Source: a virus (taxonomy: Duplodnaviria; Heunggongvirae; Uroviricota; Caudoviricetes). Taken from it: DNA of 48,323 nucleotides. The position numbers were made by a program, and so were the translations under genes. The notes under the pieces are model-generated. The model saw only the letters and a program-made list of their open reading frames with translations, ran no database searches and was not told the DNA's origin. The stretch is taken from the IMG/VR virus record IMGVR_UViG_3300031419_000007; one strand, 5' to 3'. Positions 8,267 to 18,581 of this stretch are shown here, piece after piece. The stretch's first letter is position 1, and every line of letters begins with the position of its first letter.

Positions 8267-9436
8267 ATGTCACAACTATTCAAAGTCTCATTCTTAGAAC
8301 CGATCAAGCTCGGCGACGATGTGTATTCTCCGGGATACGGCTTCACTGCACCTGCTGAACAGTTCTTCGGTTCGTATTTCACCCGTGAGTTGGCCCCACT
8401 GAACCTCTTCAAGGAAGGCCTGTTTGCGGAAATCTCCCGTGGCTACTACGGCATCTTCCGGGACATCCTGGTGGAACTCGGCAACGTCACGCTCCGTAAA
8501 GGCGATCGCTTCTACGGCCTACCTCAGGAATCGAGTTCGCTCGGTTTAATCACGTTCCAGGAAGATCCTGTTGGCGACTTCATCATGCACGTCTCTTCGG
8601 TAAGCATGACGTCAAGTCTGACCCTGATTGACCCGGGTAAAGTCACACTGGTGCCACTGACCTTCAAGGACGGCAACAAACCGGTGAAAGTGACCGGCCC
8701 GGGCTTAGTGGCGATCGACGAGGCAACTGGGGAGTACAGCTTCGAGGTATCAGCACCCCTGAAACCTGGTGTATTGACCGCAACGGTCGTCTTTAAAGCC
8801 GGTGACACGAACTACTCGTACCCGCTGCTCCTGAATGTCAAATCCCCGGACGTGACATTCACTCAGAAGACAACGAGCATGCTGGGCGGCCAAACACTCG
8901 GGATCGAGTTCACAGCGGACGTGGCGGGAACCAAACCGGATCTGACCTTGGTATCCGCATCGGCAGGTTCTGGCATCGTGAAAGAACTCGTGGCCATCGA
9001 TAAGGAGACCGGAACGTGGCAACTCTTCGTCACGGCACCCATGGTTGCAGCAACGATGAACGTTAAAGCCACCTTCGATCTCGGCGGCTGGACGTATGCC
9101 GTTGTGTTCCCGGTGAGCGTGACCACTAAGGAAGTCGTACCGGAACTTCAGGGCAGCGTTCTGGATATCAACCTGACGCAACTCGTTCGGATGAAGATCA
9201 TCCTGGAAGGTAAACCGGTCACGAGCCTGGTGACCAAATCCCTGGTGGCGAGCGGCTCCAAGTCGTTCAACACGTACACTAAGAAGCTTGTCAAAGTGGA
9301 CGATAACGGCCTATGGCAATGGTCGGTTTACACCAACTCAACCGAAGGCCCGATGTATTTCGACATCACGATCACCGTCGATGGTGTGGATTACGTGCTG
9401 CCGCAACAAACGGTCATTGTTCGCAAGGGTGGTTAA
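8267..9436 (+). CDS. Virion surface protein: shared N-terminal anchor plus about 3 beta-sandwich repeats
   Basis: N-terminus aligns with those of 7352 and 9506; repeats LVAIDEATGEY, LVAIDKETGTW, LVKVDDNGLW. Confidence 0.7.
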   Translation: MSQLFKVSFLEPIKLGDDVYSPGYGFTAPAEQFFGSYFTRELAPLNLFKEGLFAEISRGYYGIFRDILVELGNVTLRKGDRFYGLPQESSSLGLITFQEDPVGDFIMHVSSVSMTSSLTLIDPGKVTLVPLTFKDGNKPVKVTGPGLVAIDEATGEYSFEVSAPLKPGVLTATVVFKAGDTNYSYPLLLNVKSPDVTFTQKTTSMLGGQTLGIEFTADVAGTKPDLTLVSASAGSGIVKELVAIDKETGTWQLFVTAPMVAATMNVKATFDLGGWTYAVVFPVSVTTKEVVPELQGSVLDINLTQLVRMKIILEGKPVTSLVTKSLVASGSKSFNTYTKKLVKVDDNGLWQWSVYTNSTEGPMYFDITITVDGVDYVLPQQTVIVRKGG

Positions 9437-9505
9437 TGCGGAACCCTCTGGTAAACCAGGGGGATTCTGTTAAACTATCAGAGAACTTTTCAACCCGAGG
9501 TCATC

Positions 9506-12500
9506 ATGCAAATTACCAAATTAAGCTTTCTTAGCACACAATCCCTCGGAGATAGCGTCTTTGCGGTCGAGGAAGTCGTTGACATTCCTATCGACCAAGT
9601 CTTTGGTACCCACCGTGCTCGTGAAAAAGCCCTGATCAACTTGATCGGGTCTGACGGCGTGCAGAAGGTATCTCGTGACACCTGGAAAATCGTCAAGGAC
9701 ATCACCCTGGAAGCGGCCAACGCGACAATGCGTAAAGGCGATTACTTCCGTGTGAAACTGGACGAAGAAGGGGACGACTCTCCAATCCACTTTGACCTGG
9801 ACGCGACTGGCGTATTCGTACTCAGCCGTGAGGTATTTGCTTCACTCCAAACCTATGCTGTTCTGGAACCGGGTAAAGAGCAGGCGATCCGCATGCAGTT
9901 CACCTTCGGCGGTAAGCCGGTGGTTGACGCCGTGCTGACCAGTGCTTTCAGCTCCCTGAACTTGGTCCCCGTAGACGCCACCAATGGGGTCTATGAGCTG
10001 CGTTTCTTCACAGCCATGGCACCGAGTGATGACATCCTGAACATCGAAGTGACCGGCGTCTCGCTGCGTAATTCAGTGTACGAAGCCCCAGTGCACATCA
10101 CTGTACGTGAGCCCGTGCTGTCAATTGTCCCGGTTGACCTCGAGCTGCACGCTGAGCAGACCAAAGACATCACCTGGCAGTTGCTGATGGAGGGTAAACC
10201 CGCTCCAGTTTCAACTTCGCTGGGGGCAACCGCTAATCCACAATCTGTGGGTGGCGTGAAGACCGACCTGATCGCCAAGATCGGTGCGTTCAAACTGATT
10301 GATTCTGCCAACGCGATTTACTCCCTGAACGTGACGGCGACGGATGAAGTCGGTGCAGCGTCCACTATCGACACTACTTACCGCTTCTCTGCCAACTTTA
10401 TCGGTGAGATCCCTGTTCCGATCAAGCTGCTGAGCAAAGAATCGCTGTACATCACTCACAGTATTGACGTGCTGGAAGCCAACCAGACTCAGCTGATCCC
10501 GATCACGCTGAAGCTTGGCGCCACGGCTCAACGTCCAGTAACTGACGCGAAGGCGGTTCAGATCGTCATCACCGGTGCGTGCATCCAGAGCGTTGAATCT
10601 GAACTGGTTCCTGTCGATCCTGCAAAGGGCGTTTATGCGTACCGCGTAACGACGAACCATAAAGGTGGTCCAATCAGCATCCGTTCGGTGCTGTCGACCA
10701 GCGGTAACCCGTACCCAGATTTCTACAACCTGACGGCCAAAGGCACCAAGGTCATTGCCCGTGCGTTGAACACCCTGCCGGCTGCCGACACCGCAGACCT
10801 GACTTTCCAAGTCACCCAAGATCGCCTGGGCGGCACCACCAATCTCGTGGGCGCGATCGCCAGAACCTTCACTGTTGGCGGTGGCGCTATCGCTCGTGTT
10901 AACGGTTCCGTAGAGGCGGTAGGCCTGGGCGTTTACAAAGTGTCAGTCACGACGAACAACGTCGGTGGATCTGTCCCTGTGACCGCAACCCTGACGATCG
11001 AAGGTGCGGACGTGGACGTTTCGTTTTCAACGTCGGCTGCCCGTCTGTCGGACGCCGTAGTGACCCCGACCGGCCCAGCGCTGACCGGTGAAACCGTACA
11101 GAACGTACCACTGAACATCAAACTGGATGGCGTCGACTTCGACGTGACCAACGCGACCGTTCGTCTGTCAGGCTCGTCTTACGTTGCCAACGGCATCGTT
11201 CGTCGTACCGGTAAAGGCACCTACGAGATCGTGGACGTGGATGTGAACGGTAAAGGCGGTGTTCTCAACATCTCCCTGACCGCCCTGGTTAAGGGTTATT
11301 CGCAGACGATGTTCACGACGGTCCCCGTCAACCCGATTTCAAACGTTCTGGCATCGAACGTGACTCACCTGCGTCCAACGACGACGGACAACATTCAGTT
11401 CAACCTGACCCGTGACGGCTTAGTGCTGACCGGCATCAAGCTTGGCAAGGCGACCATCACTGGCGGCCAGGTCGTGTCATATGACGGCACCACGACAGCC
11501 ATCGATGCTAACACTGGTCGTTACCAGATCAAAAGTGTGACCGCGGGCGCCCCGGCGACGCAGGAATACTTCCAGATCAGCCTCCCGGTTGTGATCAAAG
11601 GTTACAGCTACACGGTTATCTTCAACAGCTACACTGAAGCTATGCCGAACTTCAACGTTGGCGGCGGTTCTTCAAGCAACCCTGGGGCCGGACAAACTGT
11701 TCCTGGAGGCGGCGGTCCGGTTGTTCCTGGACTGGTTGGTGGAAACCTCGCAGGCGGACTGACCCAAGATTACTGCATGTACTTCGAAGTGGACGGCAAA
11801 CCTGCCAACATCACGAGCGGTACCGTGACGGCGTCTGGGGTTGTTCTCGCTTCCGGCCCTGATGCACAGCTGGCGATCAAAGGTCCCGGAATTGCGTGTA
11901 TCACCGGTCTGTCAACCACCTCGGACGGCGGATACCTGACAATCAAAGGCTCTATGGTCATTGACGGCATCACCTATCCGTTGAACTTCGTGATTCGTAA
12001 CGCCCCGGCGGCGCCGACGATCAGCAACGTGACAGTCCTTGAGTGCGAAAGCATTCAGACTCTGTACTTCACGATGAAGCAAGGCGTGACTCCGGTTCCG
12101 GATGCCGTGCTGAGCAACGTTGCAGTGACTGGCGATGCGATTGAGAGCTTCAGTGATTTCGGTCTGGTTGACGCGGACAGCGGTCGTTACCGTGTGAACG
12201 TGATCACCAACGATAAGGGCGGAAACGTTCATATCACGTTGGGCGCTACGTTTGTCGGCATGCTGTATCCAGTAAGCTTTGACACGACGGCCAAAGACCT
12301 CACCACTGTCGGTGACGGTTCTGGTTGGAAAATGGTGGCAACGGCCCCGACGGCGGCGACCATTAGTCCTCAATCCTTCTTGTTCACCCGTGGAGGCGAT
12401 CCGGTCAAAAACCCAAGCGTGAAAGACGTGACGGTTACTGGTGTCAGCGTCCTGAGCTCAACGGATAACGCTGAGAAGATGAGTGAAACCACTTTCCGTG

Positions 12501-15500
12501 TTACTTCGGTATCACTGGATTCTCGTGGCGGTGCAGTCAAGCTGAAAGCCAGCGCCAGTGTTAATGGCGTCACATGGCACCCTATGGAGCAATCCTTCAC
12601 TCTGGCTCAGGCATCGGCACCGGTTGTCACCGGTCAGACCAAGATGCTGGTTGCCCGTCAGGAAGCTACCCTGCAGTTCTCTCTGACCCGTAATGGTCGT
12701 CCCGTGAAGGCGAATACCATCACGAATATCCGTGTGAGCGGAACTCCGGTTGCCAGCGCTAAGCAGGATCTGATCGTGGTCAACGCCGCAGCAGGCCAGT
12801 ATGGCACGACCGTGACGCCAAACGACCTCGGTGGCAACATCGACGTGATCTTCGACCTGAATGAAGGCGGAGTGGATTACCCGAACCTGACCTTCACCGG
12901 TACAGCGGATATCTATCACCCGTGGAAAGCGACGATGCTGAACGGTCCGGTTCCGGAGCGCCTGACAGCAATCGACTTCTCGTCACATCTGGATGATGGC
13001 ACCCCTGTTGCAATCACCAGCGGTACTGCGGTTATCACTGGCTCTTGCCTGGTGTCGCCAACAGCGGAAACCACCCTGGTTTACCAGGATGCGACCAACA
13101 AGACGTATCGCATTCCGAACGTCATGGTGAACAACACCGGTGGCAACATCCACGTTGTTCTGAAGGTCATCTACGAAGGTGCTGAAATCGTTCAGGAATT
13201 CGACTTCACCGTTAAGGCACTGCCTGTTCTGCAAGCAGCGGCGACCGGTGCAGATCTGCCATTCCAGACCACCAGCGACCTGACGTTCACCGTGGACCGT
13301 GGCCCGAGCAACCCGTCAGTCTTCAATAACTCGATGGTGAAAAACCTGACCGTTACGGGTGCAGCGGTAGCCGGCTACACTCCGACGATTATCCAGATTA
13401 GTCCGGGTAACTTCAAGCTGTCCGTACAGACCAACGGCAAAGGCGGCACCATCAACGTGGGCTTCACCGTAACGCTGGCCGGTATTGACTACCCGCTTAG
13501 CTTCACGAAACTGGCCGTTGTAGAGCCCCCGGTGACGGCGGTAAGCACCAACACGCTGGTGACCAACACGTCTGCCACCAACATGGACTTCACGTTAATG
13601 CGGGGAACCGTGCCGTGTGCCGACGCCTTCGTGGTCCAGAGCATCTTGATGAACTCGAAGTCAGTGAGCTCGTACTCGCAGTCGATCATCAACGTGAACG
13701 TGGCACTCGGCCAGTATCGCATTCAGGTTACGACTTCGGCGTATTCTGATCCGATCCCTGTCACCATCGTCGGTACCGTTCGTGGCGAGCCTGTTACGCT
13801 GACCTTTACGGCCCAGATTCAAGCCGGTGTACTGCCGACGGTGACCTTGCTGACGTCATCTCTGTTCCGTGGCCAATCGTCTAACGTCAACTTGTCCTTT
13901 AAGAATGGGACTACGGATATCAACGGTGCGGTGACGCTGGATTCCGTTGACGGTCCGCTGACTAACCCGACGTTGAACACGAATGGGGTGATCACCGGTA
14001 TTCCAACTGTGGCAGGCGCCATCGACCTGACGATTAACTTCACCTGGAAGGGTGCAAGCTACTCATCGACTGTTACGGGCATCCCTGTGACGGAAGTGTA
14101 CCCCGCGACACTGACCTCTACGTCGAAACTGACGGTAGGGAAGTTGAACACGACGACCTTCACGATGAACGGTGCGGATGGCAACGTGTACCCAGCTTCT
14201 GGTTTCACTTTCGCAATCACCGGCTCACCGTTCACTATGAACCCGACTGTGGCTCGTCAGAGTGACGGCAGCTTCAGCGTTGGGTTTACCCCAGGGAGTG
14301 AAAGACTGTCTACCACGTTGACGATCGTTGTGACGGAAACGGCGACCAAAATCGTCCGCTACCACACCATTATGCTTGAAGCGTTACTGAGCCTGGAGGC
14401 CCGCTTCGTCGGCACTACGCCGCTGGATTCGTCTTCCCTGACTAACCAAGTGGTCTTCGACGTGTACAACACTGCGACGAATGCCGTCCAGGGGATCTAC
14501 ACTAAGGTCGACATGGACAGTCTGAAGGTCGTGGGACGTGGCTCCGTTAATAACATCACCGGGTGGTCAAGCTTCTCTGTACCGGGAACTCCGACAGCGG
14601 CTCGCGGTTCTTTCTACGTGAGTGCTAACCAGGTTGACATCGTTGACGCCGACTACACTTTTGACTGGAACTCTGGTCTCCGTGTGTACAAGATCCCGGG
14701 TTCATTCCGTCTGCAGAAACCAATGACGGCCACCTGGACTGACATCGCGGGTGCTCAAGGTTCTGTTAAGAAAACGCTGAAAGTGAAGCTGCTTTCTGGC
14801 TCAACTCCAGTGGTCGACGCCCTTGATTCAGGAACGACGGTCACCAATGCCACAATCAATCAAAATCTTTATCTGATTGACGCGGCAACTGGCACCTACG
14901 GTATTGACGTGACACCCAACGGTGCAGCAACTTCAATGGTCGTGACCCTGAAGGTTAAACAGGCGGCCATGCCGTCAGTGATCAACACGTTCACCGCACA
15001 GACAGTTACCGTTACTCCGGCACCGATCACGGCTGTTGCCAACAACGTTCTGGGTCGTCAGACTCAGAATACCGGCGTGCTCATGGAAGTCTTGATCTCT
15101 CAAGGCACCGTTCCGATTACCAATGCCGTAATCAACTCGTACAGCATTACAGGTCCTGCGGTTGAAAGCGTCTATTCAGGACCAACTAACGCCGGCAGCG
15201 GCCTGTATCGTTGGGCGGTAAGAACCCGTTTCGACGGTGCGGCTAACCCACAAGTCATGATCAACGCGACGATCAACGGCGTGGGTTACGTGTTCAACAT
15301 TGATTTCCCAATCGTTCCGGTTCAAGTTCTGGCACTCTCTGTTGTTTCTAGCGATCCACTGGCTAAAAACATCAGCGGGAAAGTGACTCTTAACGCAACC
15401 CGAGACGGTGCTACTCTCGGATTTGCAAATTCCATTGGTAGCGGCGGTGGTGTCGGTGTCCAATTCGGCACTAACATTATGGGTGCATCAAGCAACTACT

Positions 15501-17575
15501 CAATGAAGAGTGCAGTGATCAACCCTCAGTCGGGGAACTACATTGATTTCGTTGCTATTCCTTTGACCAGTGGTACCGCTACGTGGACCGTTCGTCTTGT
15601 GTTGTATGGTGCGACATATGACCTGCCGTTAACTGTTACTGTGGCGGATGCAGGAACAATCACTGTTGTGGGTGGCGTGCCAATGTATGCTGAAAAGGCT
15701 AACACGTTGATCTTCAACATGACTCCCCCAGCTGGCGTGACCTATGACGGTACGGAGACGTTAACGGTAACGACTAAACCGACTCAGTGGGTTATTACGA
15801 CTCCGCCGGTGCGTAATCCAGACGGTACTTACAGCATGGTAGTCACACCAAACGCAGAGTCTAACGACGTCTTCACCGTGACCGCTGCCAAAGGTGGAAC
15901 GAACTATCGTAATGGCTGCCCGACAAACGTTGAGAACCGTTATGAGCTGCGTTTTGCTCCTAGTGGCGTGAACAGTGAGACCACCGTAGGGTTGATCTCC
16001 GTTCCGTGTAACTTGGTTACCAAACTGGGCAACACCCCCGGCGGATTTGATATGCAATCGGCAACTTTGGTTGACCGTGCGAGTGTCAAAGTGTACGCGG
16101 CGGCAGGGGTTATCAATCCAGCGGGTGCCGCACCGGATGCTGTTTATGGCAATAACTCTGCGTCATTCCGTGCGACGGTTCTTCAGAATGACTACGCGAC
16201 AATGCACTGGTCAATCATCATCACGTCTCGTAACACTGGGTTTGTTTATACCGTCTACTCCGACGAGATCAACATCCATGACAATGCGAACTTGACGATG
16301 GTTACTACCGGGGCGCTGGAGTTCGGCCGTACGTTAGACATCAAGTTCAAACTGACGTACGCCGTTTCGGGTAAACCGGTAACGAACGCCGTCCAGGCCA
16401 GCTCTCCGTCGGTAGGTTCAGGTTTAAGCAACCTGTCCAGCCTGAAAGTGATCGACGCAGCGAACGGGATCTATGCGGTGACGGCGACAGTGACGGCAAC
16501 TTCGGGTAACGTGCTCTTCACGCCTCGTTGGTCTTGGCCTCTGAGCAAAACTATCTATACTGGCGCCCAGCAGACATTTGCAACAGTCCGTGCAGTGACG
16601 GCGACGGTTCCGGCAATCGGTGCGACCACTCGTAACATCTATTTCTTGATGGTGGACGGGAACGGCCCGATCAAAGATGCGACCATTACTGCAATCTCTG
16701 CCGGGACATACGTTGACGCGGCTGCAGGTTCATTCACGGCGTATGACGCAACCAAAGGGGTTTACAAAGTCCCGATGACGGTGTCGAAAGCGATGGCAAA
16801 CGGACAGCCTAACGATAATGTGAACGTAACTTACCACCGTACAGGTGGAGAAGACATCACGGTTCCCGTTGCGTTAGTCGTTCAGAGCCCTGGCGTCAAA
16901 GTGAGTGTGGATGGGCAAGGTTGGCCGAGTACCGGAGGTGTGGTGCCTGTAACGCCAGTGAATAACTGGTTGAATGCATCCTTCACGACCTTTGCAGCAC
17001 CCCGCTTGCAAACGCTGGATGGAGTAGACCTAGGACTGATCGGTGGTAACGTGCAGAATGACTATGCAAATACCAACAAGTTGATCTATAATCCTAGCGC
17101 CTTCTTCTCGCCACAAAAGGACGTGACTCTGAAGGGTGGGACAGTTACCGCATCAGGAACCACCTACTACGTTTGGTCAGATCCGTTTGACGTTTACCGA
17201 GTGCCGTACGCAGTGATGACTCCGACGACAATTAAACTCAGGGCGACAATCCCGGGTAACTCGATCCCAGCCCAAACTCTGCCATCCTTCGAAGTGACAT
17301 TCAAGGATGACTTGGGTAACCCGTTAAGTAATGTGACTTTGACTGGAATTAACAGTAATAACAACAGTACTCACTTCTACCCAGTAGAGACAGATGCATC
17401 GTGGGCCTCAGCGATGGTGCCTAAGACTGATGGATCAGACGGTGTGTACGTGATTTCAATGAGAACCGATGGTTATGCCTTCAGCTACCAAGCGTCTTAC
17501 AGTGCGACGTTCGGGGTGGACATTCCAGGTTTAGCAACGAAATCGGTGACAGCCGGCATCCAGCTTAACTACTAA
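9506..17575 (+). CDS. Giant (2689 aa) Ig-like repeat virion fibre or adhesin
   Basis: Thr/Val/Gly-rich, with about 100-aa repeats (LxxxDAxxGxYxxxxx...GGxIxV...xxGxxYxxxF); no signal peptide or beta-barrel; shared N-terminal anchor. Confidence 0.75.
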   Translation: MQITKLSFLSTQSLGDSVFAVEEVVDIPIDQVFGTHRAREKALINLIGSDGVQKVSRDTWKIVKDITLEAANATMRKGDYFRVKLDEEGDDSPIHFDLDATGVFVLSREVFASLQTYAVLEPGKEQAIRMQFTFGGKPVVDAVLTSAFSSLNLVPVDATNGVYELRFFTAMAPSDDILNIEVTGVSLRNSVYEAPVHITVREPVLSIVPVDLELHAEQTKDITWQLLMEGKPAPVSTSLGATANPQSVGGVKTDLIAKIGAFKLIDSANAIYSLNVTATDEVGAASTIDTTYRFSANFIGEIPVPIKLLSKESLYITHSIDVLEANQTQLIPITLKLGATAQRPVTDAKAVQIVITGACIQSVESELVPVDPAKGVYAYRVTTNHKGGPISIRSVLSTSGNPYPDFYNLTAKGTKVIARALNTLPAADTADLTFQVTQDRLGGTTNLVGAIARTFTVGGGAIARVNGSVEAVGLGVYKVSVTTNNVGGSVPVTATLTIEGADVDVSFSTSAARLSDAVVTPTGPALTGETVQNVPLNIKLDGVDFDVTNATVRLSGSSYVANGIVRRTGKGTYEIVDVDVNGKGGVLNISLTALVKGYSQTMFTTVPVNPISNVLASNVTHLRPTTTDNIQFNLTRDGLVLTGIKLGKATITGGQVVSYDGTTTAIDANTGRYQIKSVTAGAPATQEYFQISLPVVIKGYSYTVIFNSYTEAMPNFNVGGGSSSNPGAGQTVPGGGGPVVPGLVGGNLAGGLTQDYCMYFEVDGKPANITSGTVTASGVVLASGPDAQLAIKGPGIACITGLSTTSDGGYLTIKGSMVIDGITYPLNFVIRNAPAAPTISNVTVLECESIQTLYFTMKQGVTPVPDAVLSNVAVTGDAIESFSDFGLVDADSGRYRVNVITNDKGGNVHITLGATFVGMLYPVSFDTTAKDLTTVGDGSGWKMVATAPTAATISPQSFLFTRGGDPVKNPSVKDVTVTGVSVLSSTDNAEKMSETTFRVTSVSLDSRGGAVKLKASASVNGVTWHPMEQSFTLAQASAPVVTGQTKMLVARQEATLQFSLTRNGRPVKANTITNIRVSGTPVASAKQDLIVVNAAAGQYGTTVTPNDLGGNIDVIFDLNEGGVDYPNLTFTGTADIYHPWKATMLNGPVPERLTAIDFSSHLDDGTPVAITSGTAVITGSCLVSPTAETTLVYQDATNKTYRIPNVMVNNTGGNIHVVLKVIYEGAEIVQEFDFTVKALPVLQAAATGADLPFQTTSDLTFTVDRGPSNPSVFNNSMVKNLTVTGAAVAGYTPTIIQISPGNFKLSVQTNGKGGTINVGFTVTLAGIDYPLSFTKLAVVEPPVTAVSTNTLVTNTSATNMDFTLMRGTVPCADAFVVQSILMNSKSVSSYSQSIINVNVALGQYRIQVTTSAYSDPIPVTIVGTVRGEPVTLTFTAQIQAGVLPTVTLLTSSLFRGQSSNVNLSFKNGTTDINGAVTLDSVDGPLTNPTLNTNGVITGIPTVAGAIDLTINFTWKGASYSSTVTGIPVTEVYPATLTSTSKLTVGKLNTTTFTMNGADGNVYPASGFTFAITGSPFTMNPTVARQSDGSFSVGFTPGSERLSTTLTIVVTETATKIVRYHTIMLEALLSLEARFVGTTPLDSSSLTNQVVFDVYNTATNAVQGIYTKVDMDSLKVVGRGSVNNITGWSSFSVPGTPTAARGSFYVSANQVDIVDADYTFDWNSGLRVYKIPGSFRLQKPMTATWTDIAGAQGSVKKTLKVKLLSGSTPVVDALDSGTTVTNATINQNLYLIDAATGTYGIDVTPNGAATSMVVTLKVKQAAMPSVINTFTAQTVTVTPAPITAVANNVLGRQTQNTGVLMEVLISQGTVPITNAVINSYSITGPAVESVYSGPTNAGSGLYRWAVRTRFDGAANPQVMINATINGVGYVFNIDFPIVPVQVLALSVVSSDPLAKNISGKVTLNATRDGATLGFANSIGSGGGVGVQFGTNIMGASSNYSMKSAVINPQSGNYIDFVAIPLTSGTATWTVRLVLYGATYDLPLTVTVADAGTITVVGGVPMYAEKANTLIFNMTPPAGVTYDGTETLTVTTKPTQWVITTPPVRNPDGTYSMVVTPNAESNDVFTVTAAKGGTNYRNGCPTNVENRYELRFAPSGVNSETTVGLISVPCNLVTKLGNTPGGFDMQSATLVDRASVKVYAAAGVINPAGAAPDAVYGNNSASFRATVLQNDYATMHWSIIITSRNTGFVYTVYSDEINIHDNANLTMVTTGALEFGRTLDIKFKLTYAVSGKPVTNAVQASSPSVGSGLSNLSSLKVIDAANGIYAVTATVTATSGNVLFTPRWSWPLSKTIYTGAQQTFATVRAVTATVPAIGATTRNIYFLMVDGNGPIKDATITAISAGTYVDAAAGSFTAYDATKGVYKVPMTVSKAMANGQPNDNVNVTYHRTGGEDITVPVALVVQSPGVKVSVDGQGWPSTGGVVPVTPVNNWLNASFTTFAAPRLQTLDGVDLGLIGGNVQNDYANTNKLIYNPSAFFSPQKDVTLKGGTVTASGTTYYVWSDPFDVYRVPYAVMTPTTIKLRATIPGNSIPAQTLPSFEVTFKDDLGNPLSNVTLTGINSNNNSTHFYPVETDASWASAMVPKTDGSDGVYVISMRTDGYAFSYQASYSATFGVDIPGLATKSVTAGIQLNY

Positions 17576-17578
17576 ACT

Positions 17579-17603
17579 AAAAGGGCCCTTCGGGGCCCTT
17601 TTT
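17579..17603 (+). terminator. Intrinsic (possibly bidirectional) terminator
   Basis: aaaagggccc-ttcg-gggcccttttt. Confidence 0.9.
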
Positions 17604-17615
17604 ATGGAGATCACT

Positions 17616-17930
17616 ATGAATAAACTCGTGTCACGAATCGCAAAGATCCCCCTCCAAGCCGCCAATATCGTGGCCGGCGGGAACGCCATCGATGTTTTAA
17701 AGAAGCACAACAACCCGCTGCTCCGCAAGGCCAAGAACACTTTGACCGCAGACAGTAAAATCATGAAACGGATGGTTGAAAGATACGGCACACAGCAAGA
17801 ACGTCATGCCTTCCACAAGGAACGTGTAAAGACGCATGCAGCCCGGGTAGCGACCATTGTAGGTGGATCGGCGGCCCTGTTGCATGAACGGAACAAGAGT
17901 AACCAGAGGCCTCAATATGTTTCTTACTAA
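17616..17930 (+). CDS. Small basic hypothetical protein
   Basis: SD GGAGA before ATG 17616; Lys/Arg/His-rich with a C-terminal hydrophobic stretch. Confidence 0.6.
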   Translation: MNKLVSRIAKIPLQAANIVAGGNAIDVLKKHNNPLLRKAKNTLTADSKIMKRMVERYGTQQERHAFHKERVKTHAARVATIVGGSAALLHERNKSNQRPQYVSY

Positions 17931-18579
17931 AATTCGGGCAATTCTTACGACTATCCTCAGAATGACGACATCCTGGAAGCGATTCCTGATGAGCGTGACT
18001 CTGATGCTGATGATCGGCGGCGGCGCCCTGGTGTACCAAGCCACGACTTTATACCTTACCGGGAACTCGGAGTATTACTCCTCTCTGGCAAAACGTCTGA
18101 AGGCGGACGACAAGATCACTCCAGTCATGGATACCTTTCGTTCAAACATTTCCGCCGACCGCTTGATTGTGGCTGAGCTGCATGACGGCAAGAAGAACAC
18201 CACCGGTGTCCGTTTTGCTTACATGAGTGGAACCTACGAATCGGATGACCGCGGTCTGACCCGCGTCCTGATGGAGTTCCAGAATATTCCGACATCGATC
18301 TTTGCCGGCATGTGGACCCCGCTGTTAAACGGCGAATGTGTCATGGTGGCGAAGGAATCGGAAGCTGGTCAACTGGCCGCCCGATCTCAGATGGAAGATT
18401 ACGGTTCACGCCGCACGTACATGTGCCCAATCCAATCTCCGGATGACAGCTCAATGATTGGCGTGCTGATCGCAACCTGGCGTGTGGATCCGGAAGATTT
18501 AGATCCGGCCAACGTCGACCGCGAGCTGAAGAAGGCATCTTACGTGATCTCAGGCCTGATCTACGAAGCGAAGGAGTAA
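17917..18579 (+). CDS. Putative holin, T4 gpT-like (one TM helix plus GAF-like domain)
   Basis: Amphipathic basic N-terminus, TM segment FLMSVTLMLMIGGGALVY, then ADRLIVAELHDG...YMCPI...MIGVLIATW (GAF-like pattern). Confidence 0.6.
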   Translation: MFLTKIRAILTTILRMTTSWKRFLMSVTLMLMIGGGALVYQATTLYLTGNSEYYSSLAKRLKADDKITPVMDTFRSNISADRLIVAELHDGKKNTTGVRFAYMSGTYESDDRGLTRVLMEFQNIPTSIFAGMWTPLLNGECVMVAKESEAGQLAARSQMEDYGSRRTYMCPIQSPDDSSMIGVLIATWRVDPEDLDPANVDRELKKASYVISGLIYEAKE

Positions 18580-18581
18580 CC

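Noticed and set aside
9438-9470. Hairpin between the 8267 and 9506 genes as an intrinsic terminator
   Set aside because: Imperfect stem and no proper U-tract; may be a processing or attenuation element but unsupported
9506-17575. Bacterial invasin, autotransporter or RTX adhesin
   Set aside because: No signal peptide, beta-barrel or RTX nonapeptides; shares its N-terminus with neighbouring virion proteins
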